A stretch of 63,545 nucleotides of DNA, counting the filler, from Nitrospinae bacterium RIFCSPLOWO2_12_FULL_45_22 (GTDB lineage: Bacteria; 2-12-FULL-45-22): NCBI GenBank assembly GCA_001803565.1. It is 8 parts of 8 records of this genome, joined end to end, with 100 filler letters (N's around TTAATTAATTAA, not from the genome) between each part and the next. Parts side by side here need not be neighbours in the genome. Positions count along the whole stretch, not along the records: positions 44,186 to 51,363 come from MHDQ01000145.1; positions 51,464 to 63,545 come from MHDQ01000146.1; 6 more parts are not named here. One strand, 5' to 3'. The notes below the pieces were generated by a model. It did no database searches. It saw only the letters and a list, made by a program, of their open reading frames with translations, and had not been told where the DNA came from. The translations under genes and the position numbers were made by a program. Shown here one piece after another: positions 46,699-57,364 of this stretch. Every line of letters starts with the position of its first letter. Positions within the stretch are counted from its first letter, which is position 1.

Positions 46699-48168
46699 AT
46701 GGATTTTCAGGGGATAGAAATGGAGGAAGTTTTTAACCCATCGGTTATAAGCCCGGCAAAACCTGTGGTCCTGGTCGTTGATGATGATGAAGGGATCAGG
46801 GATACCCTGGAGGCTATCTTGACCAAGGATTATACGGTTATAAAGGCGAAGGATGGGCGAGCGGCCCTTCGGTTAATAGATGAAAAAGAGGTACAGGTAA
46901 TGCTTTTGGATATTCGGTTACCAGATATTAACGGTCTGGATGTTCTCAAGCGGGTTAAGGAGAGATACGATGATATTGAGGTTGCAATGATTACCGCAAT
47001 AAAGGAAATAGATACCGCGGTAAAAGCCATGAAACTGGGGGCATACGATTATATCACGAAGGAATTTGATTATGATGAAGTGGTCAACTTAGTACGGCAT
47101 ATTATCGAAAAACAGAATCTTACTAAGGAATTGATCTATCTGCAAAGCGAAATGGATCAATATGTCCCGCATGATTTCATTATGGGTAAAAGCCTCAAGA
47201 TGAGACAGGTCTATGACGTTGTTCAGAAAATAGCTAAAGTTCCGGCAAATGTCCTTATCACCGGTGAAACGGGCACCGGTAAGGAAGTGATCGCACGGCT
47301 TATTCATCGAGAAAGCAATACTCCCCAAGGTCCTTTTGTGGCCGTAAATCTCGCCTCTATACCTTATGACTTATTGGAGAGTACCCTTTTCGGTCATGAA
47401 AGAGGGGCATTCACCGGGGCTTACCGTCGCCGGCACGGTAAGTTTGAGCTGGCCAATGGTGGTACACTTTTTTTAGATGAAATAAGTGAACTTAAATATG
47501 ATTTACAGGTCAAAATCTTGAGGTCTATTCAAGAAGGGGAGATCGAGAGGGTAGGGGGTAACAGGCCCATTAATATAAACGTACGGATAATAGCCGCTAC
47601 TAATGCCGATTTAGAACAAGCAGTAAAGAAAGGGACTTTCAGGGAAGATCTCTACTATCGGTTGAATGTCATACCGATTAAAATACCACCTCTCAGGGAG
47701 AGGGCGGTGGATATTCCGGAGCTTATAACCTTTTTTCTGGCCAAATATAGTAAGAGATTTAATAAAAAAGTTACTAAAGTGACAAATCCGGCTTTAAAGG
47801 TCTTGTTCAGTTACCACTGGCCGGGCAATGTGCGGGAGTTGGAGAACCTGATTGAAAGACTAGTGGCTACTATTGAAGGGGATACCATTGGTGAGAGCCA
47901 TATCCCTATAGATTATTATTTTCCTGACAATGAATCCAGTTGGGATGGGCTTAAGGGGGAGGATTTCTTGAAGAAGGCATGCGATACCTTTGAAAGGAAC
48001 TTCATCCTTAAGGCATTAGAACGGGTCAAATGGAACCGGAAAGAGGCTGCAAAAAACCTGGGCCTGCCCCGTAGTACTTTTAAATATAAACTACTTAAAT
48101 TGAATATTTACGATTTTTTACATGAGAAAAAGGAAGATGGGGAGGAAGAGGAGGAAGACGAAGAATGA
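46699..48168 (+). CDS. Sigma-54-dependent response regulator (NtrC/AtoC family)
   Basis: Receiver (VVDDD, LLDI), GETGTGKE, GAFTGA, FREDLYYRL, WPGNVREL, Fis HTH. Confidence 0.95.
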   Translation: MDFQGIEMEEVFNPSVISPAKPVVLVVDDDEGIRDTLEAILTKDYTVIKAKDGRAALRLIDEKEVQVMLLDIRLPDINGLDVLKRVKERYDDIEVAMITAIKEIDTAVKAMKLGAYDYITKEFDYDEVVNLVRHIIEKQNLTKELIYLQSEMDQYVPHDFIMGKSLKMRQVYDVVQKIAKVPANVLITGETGTGKEVIARLIHRESNTPQGPFVAVNLASIPYDLLESTLFGHERGAFTGAYRRRHGKFELANGGTLFLDEISELKYDLQVKILRSIQEGEIERVGGNRPININVRIIAATNADLEQAVKKGTFREDLYYRLNVIPIKIPPLRERAVDIPELITFFLAKYSKRFNKKVTKVTNPALKVLFSYHWPGNVRELENLIERLVATIEGDTIGESHIPIDYYFPDNESSWDGLKGEDFLKKACDTFERNFILKALERVKWNRKEAAKNLGLPRSTFKYKLLKLNIYDFLHEKKEDGEEEEEDEE

Positions 48169-48172
48169 TTCG

Positions 48173-50203
48173 TTAGAATCCGGCCTCTATGCCTACTAAG
48201 AAATTTATACCCGCGTTAGGAAAAACTCCATCCTCGCTAATATCCCTTTCATCCAGCAGATTATTAATCTTATTAAATAGACTTATTCCTTTCAGCCCAA
48301 GGGATCGAATGGGGAGCTTATACGTAGTAGTCAAGTTCCAGCGGGTATAGCCTGATTTTCTAAAGCCTAAGGGGCGGCCATTAAGGCCAATGAGGTGAGG
48401 AAAGTTTTGGCGTTGGCTGCTTAAAATATTTATATCTAGATTAGTTGTCAGCGTGTCTTCCCAGGTATATGCCAGATGGAAGTTCCAGCTATGGTTTGGG
48501 CGTAAGGGCAGGTCTTTCCCGGTGTCCTTATCTTCGGTATCCATCCAGGTATAGTTGAGTTGAAAGAAAAGATCTTTTTGGGGAATCCAGTTGAGCGTGG
48601 TTTCAAAACCCTGGACCGAGGCCTCCTTCTTATTAACAAAACTCAAGGCCTTTCCATCAAAGAAGATTAGATCAGTAAAGTGATTATTAAAATAAATAAA
48701 ATCTATACTCAATTTATCTTCCCAGAGCCTTTGCTCTATTCCTAGCTCGAAGCTGCGGCTCTTCTCGGGCCTTAAATCCCGCTTACCGAAGGTTGGTGTG
48801 AAGAGTTCTACAAACGAAGGAGCCCGGAACCCCGTACCAAAGCTGGCCTTTAGCTTAGTAGCTTCTGGTCTAATCCAGTAAGCCAGCGAGACCTTGGGGT
48901 TTAAGCTGGTACCAAAATCCTTGTTATAATCCAGGCGCAAGCCAGCATTTATAAATAATCGCTCCTGCCAGGAGAAGTGATTTTGGGCATAAAAAGCCCC
49001 GATATCTCTGGTTTCTGTGAATCTCATTAGAGCGGACGGCCCTTCCCCTAGACTTTCTAAATTACCCCACTCATGGAAGTTCACCCGCTCTCTCTCATAA
49101 TCCAACCCTAAGCTAAATATATTGTTGGTAAATAGATAGAGATGATGCTGCGTGCTGAGTATAAGCCTTTTGTCTTTTGTATTAATAAAATCAGTGAAAG
49201 AAATAATACGTTCCCTCTGTCGCTCAGGAGGGTCAGGGGGGTTATCTTCTTTTAATCCTTTCTCTACCCACCCCAGTGAGAGCTCAAAATTCCAGCGGGG
49301 CGATGGCCTTTGCCGATAAAACAGGTGATTGAAGAAAGAACTCCGCTGGAGGGAGCGATTTGGGTCCCGGGTCAGAGCTAGCCTGTTTCCCATCCTCAAA
49401 TCGGCATCAGTTATAAGAGCAGCCGGAGATAAGGCTAACTCTTTACTAGAGCCGATATACCGGCTTACTAAACGCAAGACAGAGTCAGAGGTAGGATTCA
49501 AGCTTATCTGGCCTACCAGGTTATTAGCCCTGAAGGCATCCCGCGGAAATTGACCTTTCACTTCAGAGCGAGAAAATGTTGCTGTGTAATTGTAGTTCTC
49601 TTTTTGGCCTTCAGTTCTTAATATTCCCCTAAAGGTTTCTTGATTCCCTCCTTCAGCCAGAAAAGACAAGCCTTCGTTCTCTTTTTTACCTGACTTAGTT
49701 ATTATATTGACAACCCCACCTATGGCCTCTGAGCCATAAAAGGCACTATGGGCCCCCCGGACTACCTCGATCCTTTCTATATTATCTATAGGCAGGTCGC
49801 CGAAGTCGAACTCGCCGGTTAAGGGAGAATTTACCTTTATCCCATCTATCAAGACTAATACCTGATCGAACTCGGCCCCCCTAATCCTTATATTAGCCTC
49901 TTCACCTAAAGTACCTGCGTTCTGGACAACTATCCCGGGTATATTCCTGAGGACTTCAACGACTGTTCTGGCCTGTTGCCTCTTTATCTCTTCCCCGGTA
50001 ATAACTGTGACTGTGCTAGTGACTCTACTAAGGGGTTCTTCTATACGGGAAGAAGTTATTACCCGATATTCTTCTCGTTTAATTGCCCAGACGCCTCTCG
50101 CGAGGATGCATTCAGTAAGGCTTAAGCTAATAAATAGCGAAGCAAAAATCCAGCTATAGATAGAAACTTTAATATTGATAGCCCGGCATGTGTTTTTGCG
50201 CAC
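48173..50203 (-). CDS. TonB-dependent outer-membrane receptor
   Basis: Plug motifs IRIRG, VLVLIDG, IERIEVVRG..YGSEAIGGVVNIIT; GFRAPS; C-terminal F. Confidence 0.92.
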   Translation of the reverse strand: MRKNTCRAINIKVSIYSWIFASLFISLSLTECILARGVWAIKREEYRVITSSRIEEPLSRVTSTVTVITGEEIKRQQARTVVEVLRNIPGIVVQNAGTLGEEANIRIRGAEFDQVLVLIDGIKVNSPLTGEFDFGDLPIDNIERIEVVRGAHSAFYGSEAIGGVVNIITKSGKKENEGLSFLAEGGNQETFRGILRTEGQKENYNYTATFSRSEVKGQFPRDAFRANNLVGQISLNPTSDSVLRLVSRYIGSSKELALSPAALITDADLRMGNRLALTRDPNRSLQRSSFFNHLFYRQRPSPRWNFELSLGWVEKGLKEDNPPDPPERQRERIISFTDFINTKDKRLILSTQHHLYLFTNNIFSLGLDYERERVNFHEWGNLESLGEGPSALMRFTETRDIGAFYAQNHFSWQERLFINAGLRLDYNKDFGTSLNPKVSLAYWIRPEATKLKASFGTGFRAPSFVELFTPTFGKRDLRPEKSRSFELGIEQRLWEDKLSIDFIYFNNHFTDLIFFDGKALSFVNKKEASVQGFETTLNWIPQKDLFFQLNYTWMDTEDKDTGKDLPLRPNHSWNFHLAYTWEDTLTTNLDINILSSQRQNFPHLIGLNGRPLGFRKSGYTRWNLTTTYKLPIRSLGLKGISLFNKINNLLDERDISEDGVFPNAGINFLVGIEAGF

Positions 50204-50535
50204 GCTTAATTCCCCCTGGAGCTACATTTATAGGGTCTGTGGTTACAAAAGAGATGCGCTACGATTTAATATATCCTAATGAATCTACCAACTAATATCA
50301 AGTCTGACTAGGATAGGAGGGGGTGGAGGGGGAGGCATGAGAAAGCCGGCTAAGAATAGCTTCCTAGAAGGAACATGGATTGTCTTCTGTCACCAAAGAG
50401 GAAGTAGCGACACCGCCTTAACAGTGAGTGCGTGAGCAGTGAAGAGGGAGCCGTTACTGCTCACTCCTTACTGCTCACTGTTTACTCTGTCCTCTGTGGT
50501 AAATGATTAAAATTCTCCTCTTCTGAAGAACTTAG

Positions 50536-51336
50536 CTAACCTACCATACTATAGCCACCACTGACACTCAAGACCTGGCCAGTGATATGACCAGCCGCTA
50601 CATTGGAAGCCAAAAAAACTACGGCATGGGCAATGTCTTCTGGACGACCGACCTTTCTTAAGGGGTAGACCTTGGCAATCTTTTCTACCTGGTCAGGAGT
50701 AAACAGGCCCGCCGCCTGCTTCCACATGCTTTTATCTCCTATCTGGGCATCTTCCTTAGGAATCGTAACCCCCGGGCAGACCGTATTTGCCCTTATTCCG
50801 AATCTACCTACTTCCCGGGCAATAGTCTTCATAAAGCTATTAACCGCGGCCTTAACACCACCATACACAGCTTCTTTGAATTCTCCCATCCGGCTAGCAT
50901 CGGAACTAATGCTTACAATAGCACCACCCTTATTCTCTATCATATGGTCCAGGACCGCCCTGGTACAATTGAGTACCCCTTTATAGTTTATGCTTATGAC
51001 CTTATCCCAAAACTCCGGCGTAGTTTCGGTGAAGAGCATCATATTATCCCAACCTACATTATTGACCAGGACATCTACCCTGCCAAATTCATCTATCCCC
51101 TTCTTCACCATGGCAGTGACATCATCTCGGTTGGTAACATCACACTTAACGACAATAGCTTTACCACCAGCCTTCAAGCCATTGGCTTCTTGTGCCGTTT
51201 TTTCTGCCTGAGGGATATCTATGTCTCCTATTACTATGTTAGTACCCTCGCGCGCAAAAACTAAGGATATGGCTCGCCCAATATTGGATGCCCCACCAGT
51301 CACAATTGCTGTCTTCTTTAATAAGCCTAAGTCCAT
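50536..51336 (-). CDS. SDR oxidoreductase, BadH (2-hydroxycyclohexanecarboxyl-CoA dehydrogenase)-like
   Basis: TGGASNIG, NNVGWD, SSDASR, YGGVK, GQVLSVSGG. Confidence 0.8.
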   Translation of the reverse strand: MDLGLLKKTAIVTGGASNIGRAISLVFAREGTNIVIGDIDIPQAEKTAQEANGLKAGGKAIVVKCDVTNRDDVTAMVKKGIDEFGRVDVLVNNVGWDNMMLFTETTPEFWDKVISINYKGVLNCTRAVLDHMIENKGGAIVSISSDASRMGEFKEAVYGGVKAAVNSFMKTIAREVGRFGIRANTVCPGVTIPKEDAQIGDKSMWKQAAGLFTPDQVEKIAKVYPLRKVGRPEDIAHAVVFLASNVAAGHITGQVLSVSGGYSMVG

Positions 51337-51463
51337 GATCTGTCCCTCCTTTCTCCAATAGCANNNNNNNNNNNNNNNNNNNNNNNNNNNNNNNNNNNNN
51401 NNNNNNNTTAATTAATTAANNNNNNNNNNNNNNNNNNNNNNNNNNNNNNNNNNNNNNNNNNNN

Positions 51464-52000
51464 TCAGTAATGCGCCAGCTCAAGGTAGAGTTGAATGGCT
51501 ATGAATGGTGTCGGGCCTCCAGCAACCCCTTACTGCGGGAGCAGCGGGCCGAGCTGCATAAAGAGATGGCAGAGATGCTCTATCCCTTGATTCGTGCCAG
51601 TGAGCATTTCGCCCCCAATGGTATTGTCCGACGTCGGATCAGGCAGACCGAGGAGCGTTACCTAGAGATTTTTGGCAGACCCGCTCCCTCCCAGGAGATC
51701 ATGTCCTATTATGTGCTGGCTAAGGCATTCCAGGGTAAGGCCCGGGAGTTTATAGACCCCCAGAACCGCCACCCCAAACAAGAACCCTTCAAAATATATA
51801 TCTATGGCAAGAACGGCAAGGGAAAAGATGAACCACCTTATCGGGTAGTATATCCTGTGCAGGATAAGGGATTTGAGTCTCATAATAACTATCGAAGTGT
51901 ACGGGATGAGGTGTTTAGCAAAGCGCTACGGTTCCTCGATAATATCTTTGCCCCCGGGGCAGCGCCTAAGTCAACCAGTATCAGGACGCAGATAGTATAA
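51464..52000 (+). CDS. C-terminal part of a hypothetical protein
   Basis: Frame open from the contig start; no recognised motif. Confidence 0.55.
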   Translation, partial: SVMRQLKVELNGYEWCRASSNPLLREQRAELHKEMAEMLYPLIRASEHFAPNGIVRRRIRQTEERYLEIFGRPAPSQEIMSYYVLAKAFQGKAREFIDPQNRHPKQEPFKIYIYGKNGKGKDEPPYRVVYPVQDKGFESHNNYRSVRDEVFSKALRFLDNIFAPGAAPKSTSIRTQIV

Positions 52001-52162
52001 CAACCTGGCAAACGGTCACTGTCGCGGCACAGAGAACGTAAAAACCCTCAATAGGTCGTTAGGTTCTTGGGTTATTAAGTAATGGCGCAATAACGTAGTC
52101 ACCCAATAACCCATTATTCTCTTTGCCTCCTTAGCGTCTTTGCGGTGCATAATTTGGATTAA

Positions 52163-53011
52163 CTAGGTGGAATATTCATAAAACCCTCTGCCCGTCTTTC
52201 TCCCCAAATAGCCTGCTTCTACATATTTGACCAGTAAGGGACAGGGCCGATACTTAGGGTCTCCTAACTCTTGATACAAAACCCTGAGGATAGCTAAACA
52301 GGTATCCAGGCCAATCAGGTCTGCTAGGGCAAGGGGTCCCATGGGATGATTCATTCCTAACCGCATGACCGTATCTATTGCCTCCCGATCTCCCACCCCT
52401 TCAAAAAGACAGTAGATAGCCTCATTGATCATGGGTAGCAGTATCCTATTACTGATAAAACCGGGATAGTCCTGGGCCAGGCATGGGGTCTTACCCAGTT
52501 TTAAGGCCAGATCATACACCTCTTGATAAGTAGCATCACTGGTAGCTAAACCCCGTATTATTTCCACTAGCTTCATGACCGGTACCGGGTTCATGAAGTG
52601 CATACCTATTACTTTTTCTGGCCGATTAGTAACAGCAGCCAGTTTAGTAATAGATATTGACGATGTATTACTAGCTAAGATAGCTTCAGGGCGAGCGGTC
52701 ATACTTAACTCTTTAAAAATCTGTAGTTTAATCTCTAAATCTTCCGAAGCAGCTTCAATAATTAGCTCAGCCGGAACCATTTCTTTTAGGTTACTAGTAC
52801 CACGGATCCGCTTCAAGGCAGCTTCCTTTGCCTCTGGACTCAGCCTATCCTTCTTTACTTCCCGCTCCATATTCCGGGCAATAGTCTCTATCCCTTTCTG
52901 CCAAAATTCTTCTCTGATATCCATCAATATAACATTAAACCCAGTTGCCGCTGCTATCTGAGCAATACCACTACCCATCTGGCCAGCGCCTACTACTCCT
53001 ATATTCTCCAT
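52163..53011 (-). CDS. hbd: 3-hydroxybutyryl-CoA dehydrogenase
   Basis: [42 protein letters not shown]. Confidence 0.93.
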   Translation of the reverse strand: MENIGVVGAGQMGSGIAQIAAATGFNVILMDIREEFWQKGIETIARNMEREVKKDRLSPEAKEAALKRIRGTSNLKEMVPAELIIEAASEDLEIKLQIFKELSMTARPEAILASNTSSISITKLAAVTNRPEKVIGMHFMNPVPVMKLVEIIRGLATSDATYQEVYDLALKLGKTPCLAQDYPGFISNRILLPMINEAIYCLFEGVGDREAIDTVMRLGMNHPMGPLALADLIGLDTCLAILRVLYQELGDPKYRPCPLLVKYVEAGYLGRKTGRGFYEYST

Positions 53012-53147
53012 TAGCTATTACCCTCCTATAATATCAAAAGTAGATTCACCCGCATAAACATTATACTCTTTTGAGGTCTTGATTCCAATAGCGCTTTCTT
53101 TGTCTCGTGGATTTTAATAGGTATTTTATATAGATCAGATTTCCTTC

Positions 53148-53176
53148 TTGACATATTGTTTTCATATCCATATTAT
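53148..53176 (+). promoter_or_regulatory. Sigma-70 promoter
   Basis: TTGACA-N17-TATTAT, 60 nt upstream of ATG 53237. Confidence 0.6.
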
Positions 53177-53236
53177 TGTTAAAAAGACTGTTCTATTATC
53201 CTAGGCTTGACGGACAACTTAGAGGAGATAAGCAGG

Positions 53237-54370
53237 ATGAACGCAGAAGATATCTTGGCAGAACTAGGAGACATTTATGCCAACAGGCACCAGTGGAATC
53301 GAAAGAGGCGGGAACGAGGCCAGAGATATATGGGCTGGGTTTGTACTTATATCCCGGAAGAGATCATCCAGGCAGCGGGAATTACCCCGGTCAGGGTACT
53401 GGGGGGTAATGACGAGACGCCAATAGCAGATGCCTACTTATACTCTAATCTCTGCTCCTTCGTCCGAAGCGCCCTGGAAGAAGCCTTTATGGACAAATAC
53501 GACTATTTGGATGGTTTTGTGGCACTCAATGCCTGCGACCATATCCGCCGGCTCTATGATGTCTGGAGCATCTATCTGAAGGGAAAGACCCCTTTTACGA
53601 CCATATTAAGTGTCCCGGGTAAGATTTCAGAAAATACCATTGCAGTCTTTAAAGAAGAGCTGGAAGTCTTCAAAGAAAGCTTAGAGAGACATTTTGAGGT
53701 AGAGATTACCGAAAGGGCCTTGAAAGAAGCGATTGCTCTCTACAATACTACCCGGTCATTACTGAAAGAGATCTATGACCTGCGAAAAGACCCCCAGCCT
53801 CCCTTAACCGGCACAGAAGCCATGGAGATAGTCTTAGCCGGCATGGTGATGCCCAAGGATGTTTATAATGAGAAGCTAAAGAGCCTGTTGGAAGCCCTTA
53901 AATCCCGGCCTCCAGTACCTAATGCAGGAGAAAGGGTCCGGCTTCTTATTATGGGGAGTGAACTGCAGGAGCCAGAATATATTCGGGTAATAGAAGAACT
54001 GGGTGGCTTAGTAGTGAACGATGACCTCTGTAATGGTACCCGCTATTTCTGGAATTTAGTTGATACCAGGGAAGAGCCGCTAGAGGCCCTGGCACGGCGT
54101 TATGTGACCCGTAATCCTTGCCCCCGTATGCGGCCTCAAACAGAGAGATTAACCCGGTTAAAACAGATGATAAAAGATTACCGGGTCGAGGCAGTTATTT
54201 ATGAATGTATAAAGTTTTGCGATATGCATGGGGCTGCTTATCCCATAATAAAAAGGGGTTTAGCAGAGATAGGTATCCCGGTATTGAAACTGGATCGGGA
54301 GCACCTCCTTACTGGAATAGGTCAGGTAAAAACCCGTACCCAGGCATTTTTCGAGAGCATCGGCGTTTAA
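53237..54370 (+). CDS. 2-hydroxyacyl-CoA dehydratase / benzoyl-CoA reductase subunit (HgdB/BcrC/BzdN family)
   Basis: GWVCTYIPEEII, CSFVRS, CDHIRRL, DDLCNG, KFCD, KTRTQAFFE; ATG 53237 after GAGGAG. Confidence 0.87.
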   Translation: MNAEDILAELGDIYANRHQWNRKRRERGQRYMGWVCTYIPEEIIQAAGITPVRVLGGNDETPIADAYLYSNLCSFVRSALEEAFMDKYDYLDGFVALNACDHIRRLYDVWSIYLKGKTPFTTILSVPGKISENTIAVFKEELEVFKESLERHFEVEITERALKEAIALYNTTRSLLKEIYDLRKDPQPPLTGTEAMEIVLAGMVMPKDVYNEKLKSLLEALKSRPPVPNAGERVRLLIMGSELQEPEYIRVIEELGGLVVNDDLCNGTRYFWNLVDTREEPLEALARRYVTRNPCPRMRPQTERLTRLKQMIKDYRVEAVIYECIKFCDMHGAAYPIIKRGLAEIGIPVLKLDREHLLTGIGQVKTRTQAFFESIGV

Positions 54371-54386
54371 CAGGAGGGATTCTGAA

Positions 54387-55670
54387 ATGAAATTGCAAGA
54401 GTTTATTGATATCTTTGATGAGCGAGTAAATTATTTTAGACGTTTTAATTTACCTGAGAGTGTAGATATCTACTTTCGCTGTATGAGAAATTATTATCTC
54501 CGGGCTATGACTGCTAAAGAAGAAGGTAAACCTCTAGCCTGGGTAAGTATCATGTGCCCTATGGAGATATTCCATGCGATGGATATTGTCCCTTTTGCCG
54601 TGGACCCCTACGCCATCTCTATCTCAGCCTTTGCTTATTTTAAGAAAGAGGATTGTGTCTACTTTGATATAGGTGATTCATATGGCTATCCGGCTGATGC
54701 TTGTTCCCCTCATAGGGCAGCTATTGGTTTAGCAGCTTCTAACACCTTACCGGAGCCAGACCTTATCTATGGTACTGCCTCTATGCCTTGCGATTCTGCG
54801 GTAGCGGTCTTTGATGTCTTGAGTGATATGAAGAAAGTCCCTACCTATTTTGCCAACTTTGAATACCGCTACCATCCTAACTCGGTGCAATATTTAAAAA
54901 CCGAGTTTCAGGGATTGATAGCTTTTCTAGAAGAACATACTGGCCGCAAAATGGATAAGGAACGATTGCGAGAGACCCTTAAGATCTCGATCAAGGCAAA
55001 TCGGGCGATGATGGAGATCCATCAACTGCGGAAGAAGAGACCCTGCCCCTTAAGGGCCCGGGATGCCTTCAACTCCTTTGGTATGCGCCTGGCCGGAGAG
55101 GGTATGCCGGAGACATTGGATTTTTTTGAGGCCCAGCTCAGAGAAGTCAGGGGCCGGGTAGAACGAGGAGAAGGGGTATTGCCTGAGGAACACTTACGAC
55201 TGGTCGCTTCTGGCCCTTATCCCTTCTTTGCCATGGAAATCCTCGATTGGGTGCAGGATAAATATGGGGCTATATTTGTGGCTGATATGTTTAACTGTGC
55301 CCCCTGGGAAGATATGGACGAAAATGACCCTGCTGACCCAGTGGAGTTACTGGCTCGTAAATGGCTATCCTTTTTTGGTATGGAATTGCTCTATGGCCCT
55401 GCCGAAAATACCATAGATTATCTGATTGATAGTATCAAAGAGTCCCAGGTAGATGGATCTATCTTCTTTACCCATTTTGGCTGCAAGCAGACCTGCGGCT
55501 TGCAGAAGATCTACCGGGATAAAATCATGGAAGAACTAGGCCTGCCCACCCTTTTTGTTGATATGGATATCAGTGATCCCAAGGTAGTTTCAGTAGACCA
55601 GATGAAGGCCAAAATCCATGAATATATAGAGATGATAGAAAAGAAGAAGGGCCAGCCAGTGGCGGCGTGA
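54387..55670 (+). CDS. 2-hydroxyacyl-CoA dehydratase / benzoyl-CoA reductase subunit (HgdA/BcrB/BzdO family)
   Basis: PMEIFHAMD, ACSPHR, PCD, HFGCKQ, LPTLFVDMDISD. Confidence 0.85.
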   Translation: MKLQEFIDIFDERVNYFRRFNLPESVDIYFRCMRNYYLRAMTAKEEGKPLAWVSIMCPMEIFHAMDIVPFAVDPYAISISAFAYFKKEDCVYFDIGDSYGYPADACSPHRAAIGLAASNTLPEPDLIYGTASMPCDSAVAVFDVLSDMKKVPTYFANFEYRYHPNSVQYLKTEFQGLIAFLEEHTGRKMDKERLRETLKISIKANRAMMEIHQLRKKRPCPLRARDAFNSFGMRLAGEGMPETLDFFEAQLREVRGRVERGEGVLPEEHLRLVASGPYPFFAMEILDWVQDKYGAIFVADMFNCAPWEDMDENDPADPVELLARKWLSFFGMELLYGPAENTIDYLIDSIKESQVDGSIFFTHFGCKQTCGLQKIYRDKIMEELGLPTLFVDMDISDPKVVSVDQMKAKIHEYIEMIEKKKGQPVAA

Positions 55671-56254
55671 GGTTTCTAATGGAAAACAGAGCTTCGCCTG
55701 TCCCCAACAGAAACGATATCCTTTTGCTCCTTATTGATATTCAGGAGAAGCTCTTTAAGCCCATGCCTCCTGCAGTACAAAGTCAGATGATCCATAATAT
55801 TAAACTCCTTCTGGCATTGGCTAAGAAGATTGAAATACCTATCCTGGTAACAGAACAATACCCTAAAGGATTAGGAGAGACCATACCTGAGCTGAAGGGA
55901 GCCCTGGACGATAATTATTCCCCTATCACTAAGCTAAGTTTCAGTTGCTGCGGAGAAGAACGTTTCCCGCAAAAGCTACAGGAGATAAATAAGAGCCAGA
56001 TGATTGTGACTGGCATGGAGACCCATGTCTGTGTGCTTCAGACCGCCTTAGGCATCTTGGCGCAAGGCTATCAGATATTTGTACCCCGGGATGCCGTCTG
56101 CTCCAGGAAAAAAGCCGATTGGCAGACCGGCCTAAACCTTATGCATTCGGGTGGGGCCATTATCACATCCACCGAAACCATTATCTTCCAGCTTCTGGAA
56201 AAAGCTGGTACTGACGAGTTTAAATACATGTCCCCACTCCTCAAAGGGCCTTAA
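55667..56254 (+). CDS. Isochorismatase-family hydrolase
   Basis: IDIQEKL, TEQYPKGLG, K.SFSC, GMETHVCVLQT. Confidence 0.92.
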   Translation: MRFLMENRASPVPNRNDILLLLIDIQEKLFKPMPPAVQSQMIHNIKLLLALAKKIEIPILVTEQYPKGLGETIPELKGALDDNYSPITKLSFSCCGEERFPQKLQEINKSQMIVTGMETHVCVLQTALGILAQGYQIFVPRDAVCSRKKADWQTGLNLMHSGGAIITSTETIIFQLLEKAGTDEFKYMSPLLKGP

Positions 56255-56272
56255 CAAACTCAGCGATTCTTA

Positions 56273-56938
56273 ATGATACCTATTAAAGACACTATCCCCT
56301 CTCGCTCTTATCCCTTCATCAATATCTCTTTAATGATGGCTAATATCCTGATCTTTTTCTATCAGCTATCCCTGGGGGATCAGCTAGAACAATTCCTCTT
56401 CACTTATGGGCTCATCCCAGCACGGTTTTTTCTTTGGGATCAACCCCTATCTGACCACCTCTCACCCTTATTTACTGCTATGTTTCTGCATGGTGGCTGG
56501 TTCCATGTATTGGGCAATATGCTCTATCTATGGATATTTGGTGATAATGTAGAGGATAGACTGGGGCACTTACGCTACCTAATCTTTTATCTCCTCTGTG
56601 GCCTTGGTGCGGCCTTGGTACAAACCTTTATCAATCCCTACTCGCCCTTCCCTATGATCGGGGCCAGTGGGGCTATTGCTGGCGTCCTGGGGGCCTATTT
56701 TCTCCTCTTTCCTTATGCCCGGATAGTTACCCTGGTACCCATTTTCTTCTTTTTACAAGTCATAGAGCTACCCGCCTTTATCTTCCTCTTCTTCTGGATT
56801 CTGATGCAATTCCTGAGCGGTACGGCCGCTATTGGCCATACTAACCAGATTACCGGGGGTGTAGCCTGGTGGGCCCATATTGGTGGCTTCTTTTCCGGGA
56901 TACTATTACTCCTGGTCTTCAAGAAAAAAACCCGCTAA
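56273..56938 (+). CDS. Rhomboid intramembrane serine protease
   Basis: MFLHGG..H..GNM, GASGAIAG, AWWAHIGGF. Confidence 0.93.
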   Translation: MIPIKDTIPSRSYPFINISLMMANILIFFYQLSLGDQLEQFLFTYGLIPARFFLWDQPLSDHLSPLFTAMFLHGGWFHVLGNMLYLWIFGDNVEDRLGHLRYLIFYLLCGLGAALVQTFINPYSPFPMIGASGAIAGVLGAYFLLFPYARIVTLVPIFFFLQVIELPAFIFLFFWILMQFLSGTAAIGHTNQITGGVAWWAHIGGFFSGILLLLVFKKKTR

Positions 56939-57364
56939 CCCCATCCTTACAGAGAAGTTTTAGATAACTTGACAAAAATTGACTTAAGTTTTATATGAAT
57001 GGCTGAGTTCAAAATCAAACTTGGTTATTGCGAAAAATGCGGCTATGCACTCAAATAGGTGTAGGGCAAGGCTTCAGCCTTGCATGAAATATTCGCCGAA
57101 GCAAGCCTAAAGGCTTGCTCCACCTGGACTAAGGTTAATAATTAAGACAATAAATACCGAAAAGGATAGAGGGTAAATTAGCAAACTGTCAAAATTCATT
57201 AGGACACAGATTTTCACAGATACATACAGATATTTAATATCGTTATAATCGGCGCTCATTTGTGTCCAAAAGGGAAATTCCTCTGCTCTCAATAAGCGGC
57301 AACTATATTTTAATGGCATAGGAATTTTCATGGAGGAACATCAATATGGGGTACAAAAGGAGTT

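Noticed and set aside
46699-48168. Assigning this NtrC-type regulator to the nxr promoter
   Set aside because: On a different contig; proximity in the window is an artefact
50204-50420. Cobalamin riboswitch upstream of the TonB receptor
   Set aside because: No B12-box or other conserved cobalamin riboswitch core visible
56940-57364. CIRCE or sigma-54 site upstream of clpB
   Set aside because: No TTAGCACTC-N9-GAGTGCTAA; TGGCATAGGAATTTTC lacks the -12 GC
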